64,000 nt of DNA, taken from NCBI RefSeq assembly GCF_016433145.1, contig NC_058134.1, positions 30,859,587 to 30,923,586 on the forward strand, written 5' to 3'. The DNA is from Gracilinanus agilis (taxonomy: Eukaryota). The notes under the pieces were generated by a model. It worked only from the letters and a program-made list of their open reading frames with translations. It was not told where the DNA came from and did no database searches. The position numbers were made by a program, and so were the translations under genes. Below are positions 1-13,214 of the stretch, piece by piece; positions within the stretch are counted from its first letter, which is position 1, and every line of letters begins with the position of its first letter.

Positions 1-370
1 CTCCACGGTTTCCTTCTTTCCCTTCCCCCTACTCCTAACTCCTCTCCTTTTCTCCCCTTCCTTCTTTTCCTCTTTTTTCCTTCTCTCCTCTTTCCTCATC
101 TCCTTTCCTTCCTTTTTTTCTTCTCCTTACCTCTCCCTCTCTCTTCTCTCCCCCTCTTCCCCTTTTTCCTGCTTCTTTCTTCTCCTCTTCCTCCTCTCCT
201 CTCCCCATCTCTTCTCCCACCCTTCCTTCCCTGCTCTCTCTCTTCTCTCCCTTTCCTCTTCACCCACTCCTGACCTGTTCCTTTTTCTCCCATGCTCTCT
301 CTTTCCCCCTTTCTTCCCTCTCTTGCTCCCTCCAACCTCAATCCTCCTCCCCTTTTCTAACCCTCTCCTA
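1..370 (+). repeat. Low-complexity polypyrimidine (CT-rich) tract
   Basis: Almost only C/T on the plus strand; the ORFs here are E/K/R/G artefacts. Confidence 0.9.
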
Positions 371-1706
371 TAGCTAGTCAAGTGGATAAATAGAGCATTG
401 AGCATCTCTGGCAGTTATTTATAACCTTGGGATCATACCCACCCTCACCTCGCCCAAGTCACTTAACCTCTCCAGGTCTCTTTTTCCTCGTCCACAAAAC
501 CTGGGGCTTGACTTCTAAGCTCCCTTACAGTTCTCAATCTCTGATCCTGCCATCTTCCTCCAGGCCTCTTCCAAGCCCCTTATTCCTACTTATCCCTTCT
601 CTCTTTCTTCCTCCCCTTTAAAACCCTTTTCCCTCCTTTTACTCTTCTCTTCTTCCTCTTTCCACTACCCCCAACCCATGGCTTCATAGTGGAATCATCA
701 AATTGTCCATTTAGAGCTGAAATGAACTTTAGAGGTCATATAGTCCAACCCCTTGGATGCCACAGGAGGAAACTGGCCTAGAAAGACTGTTGCTTGCAAA
801 GAGTAACAGCTCAGCTTCTAACTCAGGTCCTCAACCTCCAAAATTTGTTCCAGAGATGACCCTAGAATAGTTTGCCACTAGTTCCCCAGGACTTTCTACC
901 TGGTAGAGGGACATGGGAGGACTGGTTATGTTTCTTGCCCATGAGTTGAGAATGTTTGGGATTCCAGAAGTAAGTTTTTATTTCAGACCAATGATGAAAA
1001 CAGTGCAGCCTTTTGAGGATCTAGTCTAGCTCTGAGCTGATTTTTAATCTTGCTATAGGAGTTATTCAAGTATTTCTTGAATAAATAAATGGCTTTTTCT
1101 AGGTTTCCCATTTTTTTTTTCCAAGTGGTAAAACACTAGACCAATTGTCCAAAGGTATCCTTGAAGCTTATCAAAATCATTTGATGACGGGTGTCCAGAA
1201 GCAACCTGCCCTGCCCATTCAAGAGACTTTTAGATTTTGTAACTCGTCCCAAACTGGAATAAAAAATCCTCCAAACGACTGCAGCAAGAGCTTTGGACCA
1301 CTTCTATGCAAACCTAGATCTCTATAGCTATAAACATCACATTAGGAGTTGAAGATGTATGTACAACAGTCATCAAGCAGGGGTGACTATCTTGCACATC
1401 ATAAGCACTAAAGTTTGGCCAAGTACCTTTCTAGACCTTGGCACCCTACTTGAGGGCCCTTTATCCATGTGACAGGAAGTAATTTTCCCTGACAAATGAC
1501 AACTTGTAGAAACCCCCCCCCCGCCCAACAACATATAAGAAAATCACCTCCATATAAGGATACTTCTAAGAAAGAGGTCAGGTTGGGAAAGGCAACTAAA
1601 CAAAGAATGTCTGAGAGGCATTCTAAGAAAATATTTAATCAAATTAGAAGTATTCAAATTAAGACCAGTTTTTTCTTGAAAATGGTAAAAATGTTCCAAG
1701 TATAAA

Positions 1707-1750
1707 ATCAGTTATATTCATTAACATATCAGTTATATTCATTAACATAT
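1707..1750. repeat. Perfect 21-bp tandem duplication ATCAGTTATATTCATTAACAT x2
   Basis: Two identical copies read directly, plus a 2-nt partial third. Confidence 0.95.
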
Positions 1751-4229
1751 GAACTGTGATAATTAGATTACTACATTAAATACCATCAAATTCAAAGATA
1801 TTATCAACAATGATTATTATTTGTAGATGCAGGCAAGAAATGAAAAGAAAATCCAACCAATGATTTTTCCATGATGCATGTCCTTTGATTTGTGGCTGCA
1901 GTGTTCTTTGGCCAAGTTTAATCAGTCTGCTTAGATTGACCCTTGACTCAGAATCCCCTATCCCTCTGTATAGCCACATGAATATTTGTTTGACAGATAG
2001 ACATAGGCACCTGTACCATATACCATTGAGTACTCTGATATTTAAAATAACTCACTTATTAAAGTGATCAAGAAACTAAATATTCTCTCTGTGGTATGTG
2101 TGTAAGTCACATGGGAAATTAGGCTCTGACCCTTCAGTCTAATATGGAGCTTAATACCACAGTGACTTTAGGCTTGGCCTACTGAGATTCCAAAAAGCTC
2201 ATCATCCTTTTTTGACAAATTTTCCCTTTGTGTGTCATTAGACAGTACTGCCTACATTGTAGAATTCAGTGATGGTGTTCATCCTGTGTTGCCAGAGAAA
2301 ATCTTATGTCACATGTAAATAGGTCTTCCTTGATGCAAGCATTCTTTAATTCATTCAAGATTTATTGAGCCTTTTCTTTGAGCAAGATATTGTGTATGAA
2401 ATGGTTACAAGGCCCAAGCCCTGCACTCCAGGAGCCTCTTAAGCTCTAGGATTATTGCCAGTCTCTAATTTTTAAACAACCCTGTAAAGTAGTCCACAGG
2501 TAGTCATATCTTGCTTGGCATGTGCTTTCAAGTTCTGGCACCAGCCTTATCAGTTCCTGGATGACTCTCCATGTGACATTGATTATGTTCATAGGCTATT
2601 CAGATGAAGTTTATTAGATGACCCAATTTTAATAGCAGACATCAATATACTTAATTTTGCATTGGCTGAATAATATTCCTCCTCTCTTTCAACCCTACTT
2701 AATTCTATCAATTCACTACAAGAAGCATGGTGCTGCAAATGAGTCACAAAGAGCAGATACTCCAACCAGACTGTGATGGAGAAATCTTTAGATGTTCCTC
2801 TTCTCTAGGCACCCAGGCATTTTTCTCTCATCTTCCTCTTAGCATTTCACTGAGAGTGAAGAGAAGACAAGGAGGGTGGGGGGAAGCCATGCTGGAGAAA
2901 AAGGAACCTTCAAATAAATATGAAGAACAGGAAGATTACCACCCTACAGAAAGTCCCATTTCCTTCTTCTATCTCACTCTGTGCAGTAGGCAGAAAGATA
3001 GTGTTCTCATTTAGCTGCTGTCTTAACATTTTGCTTCATTCAGTCTGTTGCCCTCTCAGAGTTCCTTCCTCCACCAGTCCCAACACAGGAAGTGAATTTT
3101 GCCTTTTATGCCTCACCACCCACTCATAGATAAATTCTTGAGGGGAAAATGTCAAGTTATATCTAATGAGTATAATCTATATAACATTAAGGAAAATCAA
3201 AGACAATCCACGATGAAAACCATCTGGCCAAGATGGTCCAGTAAGTAGTGAAAAAATATGTGATTCCATCTGGTGGCTCAAATTGAATCCTTAAAGTTGC
3301 ATAGGTTTAACAGCATACTTCAACTGAAAGAGCATAAAAAAGGAGAAGAAAGTGATGACTCATCTATGTAAAAAATAGAAATACTTTTAGAGCTATCCAA
3401 TTGAATACTCTGGTATTTTTTTCTAACAAGTTTCACGATGCAAGTAATAACTTCCTAGAAGCAAATCATCATTAAAAAAAAAAGGCAAACTTAGCTTGAA
3501 AACAAAACCAAAAAAGGATTGCATGCATCTTACCAAAAGAACACCAGGGGGAAAATTGTATTTCCAGTGAAAATTTCTTAAAAAGCTATAATTTTATGAG
3601 ACTTGAATTCAATGGATCAGACCAATTTTAAGTGGTCAGTCAGCTCTGATTTTTCTGGTTGTGGCTCAGTTATTTATGTATCAGCTTTTTGACAATTGTT
3701 GTAAAAGCCAAAGGAAAATTATTTCCTTAACAAATACTGAAAAATAAGTTAAATATCCTTAAACACTACAATATTTAGGTATGGGAGGGAAAGAAATGTT
3801 AGTAGTTAAATTAGCAGGATTGGAAATTTTGTGACTGTTAATCAATTACTTTCTTTCCTTTTAAGAAACAACTCAGTATACAGATGATTCTGGGACTTTT
3901 TTATTCAAAGTTAATTTTAAATTAATTTTTACACATAAAAGACATATCTATCAACAACATAATGCTCATTTATATTATTTATAAAAGTTTTTAATATCCA
4001 GTCATTGCACCCACAAAAACAATAATTGTTTAGGGAATGGGAGGAGGGAAAAGAGTAAACATAAGAAATGGCCTGCAAATACCAAATACCATAATTAGCT
4101 GAGAAGCTGGTTTTCAAAATTCTTCAACTTTTTTCACTGACCCTTGTCCTCACCCCAACTAGACTGTTTTTCTTTGTTACGAGGAAGGGTTCAATTCCAG
4201 AACAGAATTATTATAATTGTTAATGATAA

Positions 4230-4463
4230 TAGCTAGCAATTATATAATATTTTAAGGCTTGCAAAATACTTTAAAATTCTCATTTGATCCTTCTACCAAG
4301 AAATAGATGCTATTATTACCTCCATTTTACAAGGGAGGAAACTGGGAGGGACAGAGGGTAAGTGATTTGTCCAGAGTCACACAGCTAGTAAGTGTCTGAG
4401 TCTGAATTTGAACTCAGATCTTCCTCACTCTAGGCCCAGTATTTTATCTACTGCACCACCTAG
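4230..4463 (-). mobile_element. MIR/MAR1 CORE-SINE
   Basis: CCATTTTACAAGGGAGGAAACTG...AAGTGATTTGTCCAGAGTCACACAGCTAG...ATTTGAACTCAG. Other MIR relics at ~420-530, 690-830, 8150-8280, 11720-11880, 12040-12430, 27020-27190 and 35990-36120. Confidence 0.8.
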
Positions 4464-4964
4464 TCATGTTAGAAAAACCAAAACCATCAATAAAACTTCT
4501 TTTAATTTAATATTGTGATTATTACTCTTGGAATGTTCAAAGGCCTGTATTAGAGAAAACGTGAAACTCTTCTTCATACAGTATCTTGGATTACATAAAA
4601 TAAAGAGGTGTAAAGTCACCTTGGATCTATAAAAGTGGATGATTAGAATTAAATACCATATTAACAAAGATAACAAAATTTTACCCCCAGAATTCAGCAA
4701 CTTGCATTTTGTCAGGGTCAGTAGAAGACTTTGTTCTCCCAAATTCTGTTCTTTTGAGCAGGATGTTGCCAACCCAAGTTAATTTGAATAGCTCTGCCCA
4801 GGGAGAGAAGGCATGACACTGTGTGATTCACCTGGACCTAACCTGTTGGTGAGATGGAGATGAATTTGGAAGGTCAGAAGAAACATGTTCCTGATCATTG
4901 GAGAGACTTCCAAAGCTTTTTAGAGTTGAGGGGATTAAGACACAGGAAGGAAAAATGACTCCAG

Positions 4965-5649
4965 TGTAAGGAATTAAATTAATGGGTTTGATTAAATATG
5001 TTAGAATTCTAAATTAATATTGTTGCCAATTTTAAAAATAGTATAGCTCAAGTCAAAATGACTTTTAATAGCTTTTATTTACAAAGAGAAATACAAAAAG
5101 AGGATGGAGAAGATATTTAACCTATTACACTAAATATTGCTCCGGTGCTCACTCAGCCTAGAAGGGCTTGTTAAGCCTCTACCAAAGTTAATCTCTCTCC
5201 ATAAGTCAGGAAAGGAAAGCCAGCTATTCACTCACCTAAGAGCCAGTCCAAGTCCCAAGTTACCTCCAAGAAGGAGATGAAGATGACGACCTGTCAAGGA
5301 CGACTCCTGAAGCCAACCTCTAACCCCAGAAATTCAGGGCTTTTATGTGACTTCTTGTCTCTTCCCCTCTTCACAAGGGCCAATCACAGCTTTCAAGTTG
5401 TCTAGCACTGCCCAGGGGTTATCTTATCAAAAGGATTCACAATTTCCTGACTGATTAAGTTGTTAACCACTTTAGCAAATGACTTGGGAACACTCTTACT
5501 TAGTGTCTGGTGAGGTACTTTGTAAGGGTACTAAAAAAGTCTGATTCACACTTCACAGTCTGGTGAGGTATTAAGTAGGGGTACTTAAGTTAGTGTTAAC
5601 CAAGTGTTAACTCAAAATAGACAAAGAGAATAAAGAATTCCCCTTCACA
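4965..5649 (-). mobile_element. Solo ERV LTR (ERV1-like, 685 bp)
   Basis: TG...CA termini; 4-bp TSD CCAG (4961-4964, 5650-5653). On the minus strand: AATAAAAGC at 5074-5079 and TATA-like CATAAAA at ~5341; CCAAT motif at ~5380; internal repeat GTCTGGTGAGGTA twice. Confidence 0.85.
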
Positions 5650-6574
5650 CCAGCCCAGTGACACTAAGTTGAAGTGTAACCCCTACCTGGTGTGCATCTG
5701 CACAAGTGAGAGGCTCTCCCATGACACTGGGGGTCCAAGGAGACTTCAAAGGATTTCTTCCCTTTCTGGCTCATCCTCCTCACCTAAACAATCTAGAAAC
5801 TCTACTGGTGGTGCACACCATCCCAGGAGTTATCCCTAACTCTCAGTGAGAGCACCCAGGTTACAAAACACAAAGGATGAAAAGATACATTTACTTGGAT
5901 GTTTCTGTGGGGTCTCCTGCTGTGTGACTTTTACCCATTTCTCCTGTAAATTACATCAGGACATGCTAGGATTTTGCTTCTTCAATGAGGGCAGGTATGA
6001 GGTAGGAGGAACTGGGAAGTAGAGAAGGTGAAATTTCATTCATTTTTTAAAAATCAAAAAGCATAGAACAAAAATAATGATAAGATTTGCCAGCAAATGT
6101 AGAAACAGAATAAATTGAACATAAAAGGACCATGTGCTAACCTCATACAGATGCCAGTGAAACACGCAAGCTGGCTATTGGTTTGGCCTCCTTAGTCTTG
6201 TTACATGCTAACCCACCTTTTCCTGGCCATGTTATCTCTTTTTGGTTTGGTCTAAAACCCTTACCTTCTGTCTTAGAATCAGGGCAGAAAAGAAGTAAGG
6301 GCTAGATAATTGAAGTTAAATGATTTGCCCAGTGTCACACAGCCAGGAGGTGGCTGAGATTGGATCATATTATCTCTAATGAATATTTCACACTGCTTCT
6401 CTACAATTTATTATGATTATTGTTTTGGTAACATGTTGCAATCAATTCAGTCCCACCATGCATCTTTCTGTTGCTCTTTGGGTGACCTGTCATGTTAATC
6501 CCTTGCTGACTGTGGCATTTCATGTCTGGCAGCTAGATGAAATCACTGGAAGAATATGAATATCAAAAAATATG

Positions 6575-6698
6575 AACCCGGCCTCAGCCACTTCCCAGCT
6601 GTGTGACCCTGGGCAAGTCACTTGACCCCCATTGCCCACCCTTACCAATCTTCCACCTATGAGACAATACACCGAAGTGCAAGGGTTTAAAAAAAAAA
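6575..6698 (+). mobile_element. 5'-truncated SINE1_Mdo-type SINE
   Basis: Core sequence and A tail; TSD AAAAAATATG on both sides. Confidence 0.8.
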
Positions 6699-9600
6699 TA
6701 TGGATCCCATTTCAGTGAAAAGCTTAAAGATCATTAAAACCACTACAAACTTTTCCCTAAAGTAATCCTGCCTGGTTTTTTGATGGGCTTCTGGGCATGC
6801 ATTCAAAAGATATTGTCCAAAACAAAGGGTTCCTCTTTTTTCTTTCTGATCTGACTGCTTTCAAGTGAGGGAAGCAAAGACTGCTGTAAGCCTCTGTGTA
6901 GGACAAAGCTTATGGTGGTGGCTTACTCTTCCCAGCTGAGTGATATAAAGCCATGAGCACAGGGCCCAGCAGTTGCTTCTGTCCCTTTTGCATACATTTT
7001 CTGGTTTAGGTGGAGTGTTGGAAATAGACTGAACTAGGCTGTGACCTTGTGAGCTTCAAAAGGTTAGAAGGATGAATTGCCAGAGGTCCAGTAGCAGAAG
7101 TCCATGCTAAAATTCAACAGACAAATTCAGTAAGGAGTGATGCCCTAAGGAACCAAGAAAGAACAATTGACCACTAGCTATGCTGGATTGTGGGTGCTGA
7201 ATACTTTGTAGAAACTGCATTAAATTTCAGTTTAAACCCACTCTCCCTAGGGACTGAGGAAGAATAGGAAAGAGTCCCCTCTGGTGCTAGGGGGAATGGT
7301 TTATGCTTCTGTTCACTGTAAAATTCCTAAAAAAAAAAATGGCTAAAAGCTAATTGATGTTAATTAAGCAATACTGAAGTGCTAATGACTTTAACAATAA
7401 ATGGTATAATGACATGGAAGAGATATTCATTGGTTAGTAATGCTGGTGGACCACATCATCATGGGAGCCTGAAACAGTAGCAATAGAAAAATAACCCCAA
7501 CCCCTCAGAGTATTCCTAAGGCCCTCAAGGTAAAATGTAGCTAGCTAGACTTGCTTTGGGTAGATCTGACTTGCCAGTGAGAGTGGGAATTGGAATAAGG
7601 AACTTCAGAGTTATAGATGAGTACTATCTTTTCAGCCCTTGCAACAGGCAATCTTTTTGCGAATTTTTAACCAGGATTCTATAATACAAGAAAATAAACA
7701 TGGTGCCATATTTCTGTTTTGCCTTTGGACATATGGTAAAACCAACTTTGCAAACTCCTTTACTTACCTTTTCAAGGAGAAATTCTGAATCATTCTTCTA
7801 TTTAACTTGAACTTCCATTTGCTATTTGTTTTCATGATAACAAGAATATCAAAAGAGATATGATTCCATTCCTCCAATGATCTGTCATTGAACAGTCTAC
7901 AAGGAATTCAATTTTAGAATGCCAGCAGCTTAGTTAATGCTTGTAAATGATTTAAAATTTCAGTGATCCTTAAATCTTTTGACTCTTCCCATCACTGCCA
8001 TTTTCACTGTAGAAATAAAGAGTATGGATGAGATTGTAGTCCATTTTGTATTCTTCATTTCATAGGTTTCCATGACTAAAGAAAGGATTCATCACTAAAT
8101 CTATTTGTACTCAGAAAATAAGTATCTATTTCTAGGACTGTACTCAAAGCCTTTCCAGCATTTTTTTTAAAAAAGGTGAATTAATTTGCCCAAGGTCAAA
8201 TAGGCAAGAAGTAATAGAGTGAGAATTTGAACCTAGACCTCCTGAATCAGAAGCTAATACATTGTCCAAGTTATTATACAAAATAATAATGCTGATCTAT
8301 GAGCAATCTTCCCTTAATGGCCAGTAGGGTCTCAGTCACTTAAAATCATACTCTAGATACGGGTCCCAAGAGAGGTGTTGCCCTAGGGAAGTTGCTCTAG
8401 TACAACTCCAACAGAGAAAACTCATGGTCAAGTCTCATCTGGTTTTCTAGTTGTGGTTCTTCCAATAACTGAAATATCATCACTCTCCCATCCTCTTCTA
8501 CAACTTTTGGCCAGTAGTTATCACACAACAAATCACGGTTCTAATAAATCTATCTTCCCTCAAAGGTTCATCCCAAAGGTATGGGAGGATTCTTCAGAGC
8601 TCCTTTCCTTGGCCAGAAATACCTAAACTCCCTATATCCAGCTCTTATCACAGTGCCAAGCACAGACCCCCACTTTGGGTTTCCCTCTATGCTCCAGCCT
8701 CTGACAACATCTCGCTTCAAAGAATGCCTGATGATGACAAAAATATACTATCTTTCTCATTTTCCAAACTCTTCTTTATCCCCCAAACTAAGACTGGGGC
8801 ACTGAATTATACAGCTATCCTCTCTACTTGTCTCTCAGCATGGCCCCCTTGTAGGTCTGGGAGCTCTTTTGAGCATATTCCCCTTACTGCTAGTTCTTGA
8901 GCTCCACAGAACTTCTTCCCACAATATGGGGGAGGCAAGAAGGATACATTTTTATAGCCCCTGCTACACATATTAGCCATAGTGAACAAGGACCCCTTTT
9001 CAATCACGTCATTCTTTTAGATTTGAAAACCATTTATAATGCCCTTCTCTTAAGCATCCCTTTAAAGACTGTAAAAAAATTCTGTAGGGCAATGAGTCTC
9101 TTGAGATTGCTGAGACATTTTTAATGCTTCATAGAGCATGAAGGAAGGAAACTAGATGCTTATAGGTCCCCTCAATTTTTAAGACACTGAAGGATTTGTT
9201 TTATTTCCCCACACCCTTAGAACACAGGCAAGCTGTGAATAATCATCATTGTAGTTATCCTTAATTCTTGCACAGTTAGTCCTTGTAGGTCAACCAGCTC
9301 TTTTTCTTATAGTTTATAAATTACACTGAAATAGTTCCTGCTGACCTGCTCATGCTGGCAGTATTCCCAGAAGTACCAACCCTGAAGGCATTGTTGAAAT
9401 GAGCAAATCCAGAAAGTTGATCTCAGCATAAATAAAATTTCAAGCTGAGATTTAAATTTTTAACACATTTGCAGTACTAAAACAAAATAGCCAGAGGAAC
9501 TTCGGCAAAATGACATCATTCAAATAACCAAATAATCATTTAAAGAGCTTAATATCAGAAAAGACATGTAATTGCAGCATAATGTTACTTGCGATTTCTC

Positions 9601-10154
9601 TCAAAACTGCTTTAAGGGTCACTATGTACTTCATATAATTATATATATGCCTTGGTAAAACATATGGATCCAATCAATGGAATGCTTCTTCATTTTTTAA
9701 ATGAGTTTTTCCATATGTGGAAATAAAAAGAGGAGATAATCAAAAACCTCTGAATTTCTCCTTGATTGATCAAAAGTACACACAGAATATCTGACTCATT
9801 AATATACCATTTTGTATATTTAAAAATGATATACCATAGTAAAAAAGCATCTTTAAAGTTTAAAATGTGGAACACACAAATGAAGTTTTAAAAAAATCTC
9901 ATATAAATATATCAAGGCTGAATGAACTTATAGAGACCATTCCAGTGAGCATATTCCCCTAGAAACATCCAGGGAGTCCAAGGACAAGGGTGACTCACTG
10001 ATCAGCCTTTGGGGATGATAAATTTCCTGACTACCACCAGCAAGGGTGGCCTACAATGAAAATAATTTTAGTACTTTAGAATGATGTGATAAGCCCTGAA
10101 TGGTCTCCTTAGTCACCGACCCCTAACCCCATAACATCAGAAGATGCTACATTG

Positions 10155-10548
10155 ACATTATGCACAGAGACTGATACACTGTGGTACAATCGAACATAAG
10201 GGACTTCTCTACTAGCAGCAATGCAAGGATCCAGAGCAAGGCTGAGGGACTGATGAGAAAGAAAACTAGCCACATTCAGAGGAAGAACTGTGGGAGGAGA
10301 AACACAGGAGAAAAACAATTGCTTGAACACATGGGCTGATGAGGATATTGGGGATGTAGACACGAAACAATAACTCTAATCCAGCTATTGATAATATGGA
10401 ATTAGGTCTTAATCAATGATACATGTAAAACCCAGTGGAACTGTGCATCAGCTAAGGGGGTATTGGGGGGCTTGGGAGAGAGGGAAAGAACATGAAACAT
10501 GTAACTAAGGGAAAATATTCAAAATTTAAATTAAAAAAAAAAAAAAAA
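10155..10548 (+). mobile_element. L1 3' end (opossum-type, 5'-truncated) with poly(A)
   Basis: Marsupial L1 3'UTR-like sequence and A-tail; 15-bp TSD GAAGATGCTACATTG / GAATATGCTACATTG (10140-10154, 10549-10563). Confidence 0.8.
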
Positions 10549-10665
10549 GAATATGCTACATTGGATAAAAGAAGAGGCTCCTGGCTGGTGACTCTCTTTG
10601 GCAGAGGTTTTACTACTCAAGAAGAAAGGATGCCATTGACTTCCTTATGCCAAGGTCATGGAGGT

Positions 10666-10937
10666 TGTAAGAATAAGAGCCAGAAACCAATGTTATGATA
10701 GAAGGGGGAGATAGAGTCGGATTGGGGTACCACATACCTCATCTTATAGGGAAGCCTCACCCCCAACTCCTGTGGGGCAGCACAACCATCCAGGTCACCC
10801 AGTTTAGGGGTGACACCCCCTCGAGGTCTCCCAGTGTATATTTGGCAAGAGGGGAGAACTAGAAGAGAGTCTCACCTCATAGACTCTATCTCCACCTTCT
10901 ATCATAACATTGGTTTCTGGCTCTTATTATTCTGACA
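10666..10937. mobile_element. Unclassified 272-bp TIR element (TGT...ACA, 4-bp TSD AGGT)
   Basis: Arms 10672-10718 and 10882-10928 are 46/47 reverse-complementary and extend to both termini with one more mismatch and a 3-nt indel. AGGT at 10662-10665 and 10938-10941. Confidence 0.85.
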
Positions 10938-12494
10938 AGGTTTCACCAACCTGCCAATCATCTAGGGCTGGGGAAATTCATCAGGCAAGCCTGAGCCGGG
11001 GAATATTTTTTGCCTTCTTTTAGTGTTTTTTTTTTTCTTTTTTAGTAGATCTGCAGTGGCAATGGGAGCAAAATGGTGTCCAGGGCAAAGGCTTCCAAAA
11101 CAGTTGTGATTGCAACAATGGCACAAATGAATTGAGTGGAAGGAAAGAATCAGCATCAGAGAGAAAAAAAAGGCCACCAGAAAGAAAATTTGATTAGTGC
11201 TTGAGCAGACTATACTCAGTAAAGGTAAAATATAAACTAATTATTGGCCTTGCAAAAACTATTTCAGTTTAAATGAGACATGAATATGAATCTCCCCACT
11301 GATTGTACTAGGAGTGATGTTACTAAGACTATCTTCAAATCATTCTGTGATGCACACCATGACATCTCATGCTTAGTATTCCCTTTTTTGAGTGGGATTA
11401 AACACATTCCATACCTAACTCACATTTGAACATTGAGCACCTTTTTACATACTCTGCACCTTTGAAAAAACCCTACACTAGGAGCAAAGGCAACATTACC
11501 ATAATTAAGAATTTTTCTCAGGAAGTTGACCTGAAAATGATGCACCAATAAAAGTGAGAATTGACGGCCTTACTTTCTCTTTGGAGAAGTCAGTCTTTTC
11601 CAGCCATGAGCCAAAGCCCCTTTGAACCCCAATGCTAGGAAACATAGCCATTCAGTAAATTCATGGATCTGTATCATCAGGACTTCCCCCAAAAGTGCAT
11701 ACAGCAGCTCATTCATGTTGGTGCCATAGAAGGAGCTCTGGGTTTAGGTTAAGATTCCACCACTACAGTGCCTGCCTTGCCTTAGGAAAGCCTCTCAGGG
11801 TCTCTCTAGGACTCAGTTTCCTCGTCTATAAAATGAGGGATTGGAGTAGATGACTTCTACGTTTCATTCCAGCTCTCAGTCTGAGACCTCATGCAGTGTG
11901 CCTTTCGTCCACAGAGGACCTAAGTAGCAAGCTAATACACTTCAGGAGGGGGATGTTTCCTCTCTCTATCTTTAATGTTATAGAAGTACCAATGCAAAGT
12001 AGAGCCTGTCCGTTACCCCTCATTTTTGTTAGAAAATAATAGCTAACATTATAGTAGGTATTGTACTAAATACTTTGAAATCATTATCTCATTTGGTTCT
12101 CACCATATCCCAGGGGAAATAGATGCTATTATTATCCCCATTTTATGGATGTAGAAACAGCAGAGTTTAATTGACTTGCCTAGGGTCACATAAATCTAGC
12201 CCAAAACACCTGCTAGCTGTGTGACCCTGGGCAAGTCACTTAACCTCTTTCTTTCTTCTTTTCTTCACCTGTAAAACAGGGATATAATAGAGTATATAAA
12301 AGGGGATATAAATGGGAATATAATAGCAACTATCTCCCATGGTAGTTATGAAAATAAAATGAGATAATATTTGTGAAAAAAATTTAACACAGTGGCTGGC
12401 ACAGAGTAAGTGCTAAATAAATACTTATTTCCTTTCTTTTCTTTCTTTTTTCCTATAAATTTTCCCTGCAAAGAAATGAATGAGCATTGTGAGT

Positions 12495-12735
12495 GGCTCA
12501 ACTGAAAAAAAGGAGTCATTAATGGTTTCATGCTAACTTGAAAGAAGGTTTCTAATGGAGTGTCATACTATGCTTTGCCCTGTGCCAATAGCATTTTCTT
12601 TATTGACTTGGATGCTTTGCTTATCAAATCTACACATAATGCAAAATCATTACAACTTGACACATTAAATATCAGTCAGGATCCAAAAAATTCTAGACAG
12701 GGCAGACTATGAGGATGAATTTATCAAGAGTAAAT
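12495..12735 (+). mobile_element. CR1/L3 reverse-transcriptase relic
   Basis: GTCATTAATGGTTTCATG...GTTTCTAATGGAGTG resembles the CR1 RT motif VINGS.S.W..V.SGVP; a downstream LIK(F) remnant follows. Confidence 0.6.
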
Positions 12736-12741
12736 AAAATG

Positions 12742-12903
12742 GGGGCAGCTGGGCAGCTCAGTGAATTGAGAGTCAGGCCCAGAGTTTAGGAGATGGGAGG
12801 TCCTGGGTTCAAATCTAACCTCAGACTCTTCCTATCTGTGTGACCCTGGGCAAATCACTTAACCTCCATTGCCTTGGAACCAATACATAGTATTGATTCC
12901 AAG
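12742..12903 (+). mobile_element. SINE1_Mdo-type SINE running into the gap
   Basis: GGGGCAGCTGGG...GGTTCAAATC (B-box)...TATTGATTCCAAG, then Ns. Confidence 0.8.
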
Positions 12904-13086
12904 NNNNNNNNNNNNNNNNNNNNNNNNNNNNNNNNNNNNNNNNNNNNNNNNNNNNNNNNNNNNNNNNNNNNNNNNNNNNNNNNNNNNNNNNNNNNNNNNN
13001 NNNNNNNNNNNNNNNNNNNNNNNNNNNNNNNNNNNNNNNNNNNNNNNNNNNNNNNNNNNNNNNNNNNNNNNNNNNNNNNNNNNNNN
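12904..13086. other. Assembly gap (183 N)
   Basis: Run of n characters. Confidence 1.
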
Positions 13087-13214
13087 ATAAAGGTAAAATG
13101 TCACATTTCCGTTAAGAAAAAGTAATTTTACGAGTATGAGATTCAGGAGGCATTTCATGCCTTAAAGATGTGTTTTTTTTTTAAATGGAAATTTTAAAAA
13201 ATATATTTAATCAA

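Noticed and set aside
1-405. E/K/R/G-rich ORFs
   Set aside because: Artefacts of the purine/pyrimidine tract.
12859-13158. ORFs spanning the N run
   Set aside because: Artefacts of the assembly gap.
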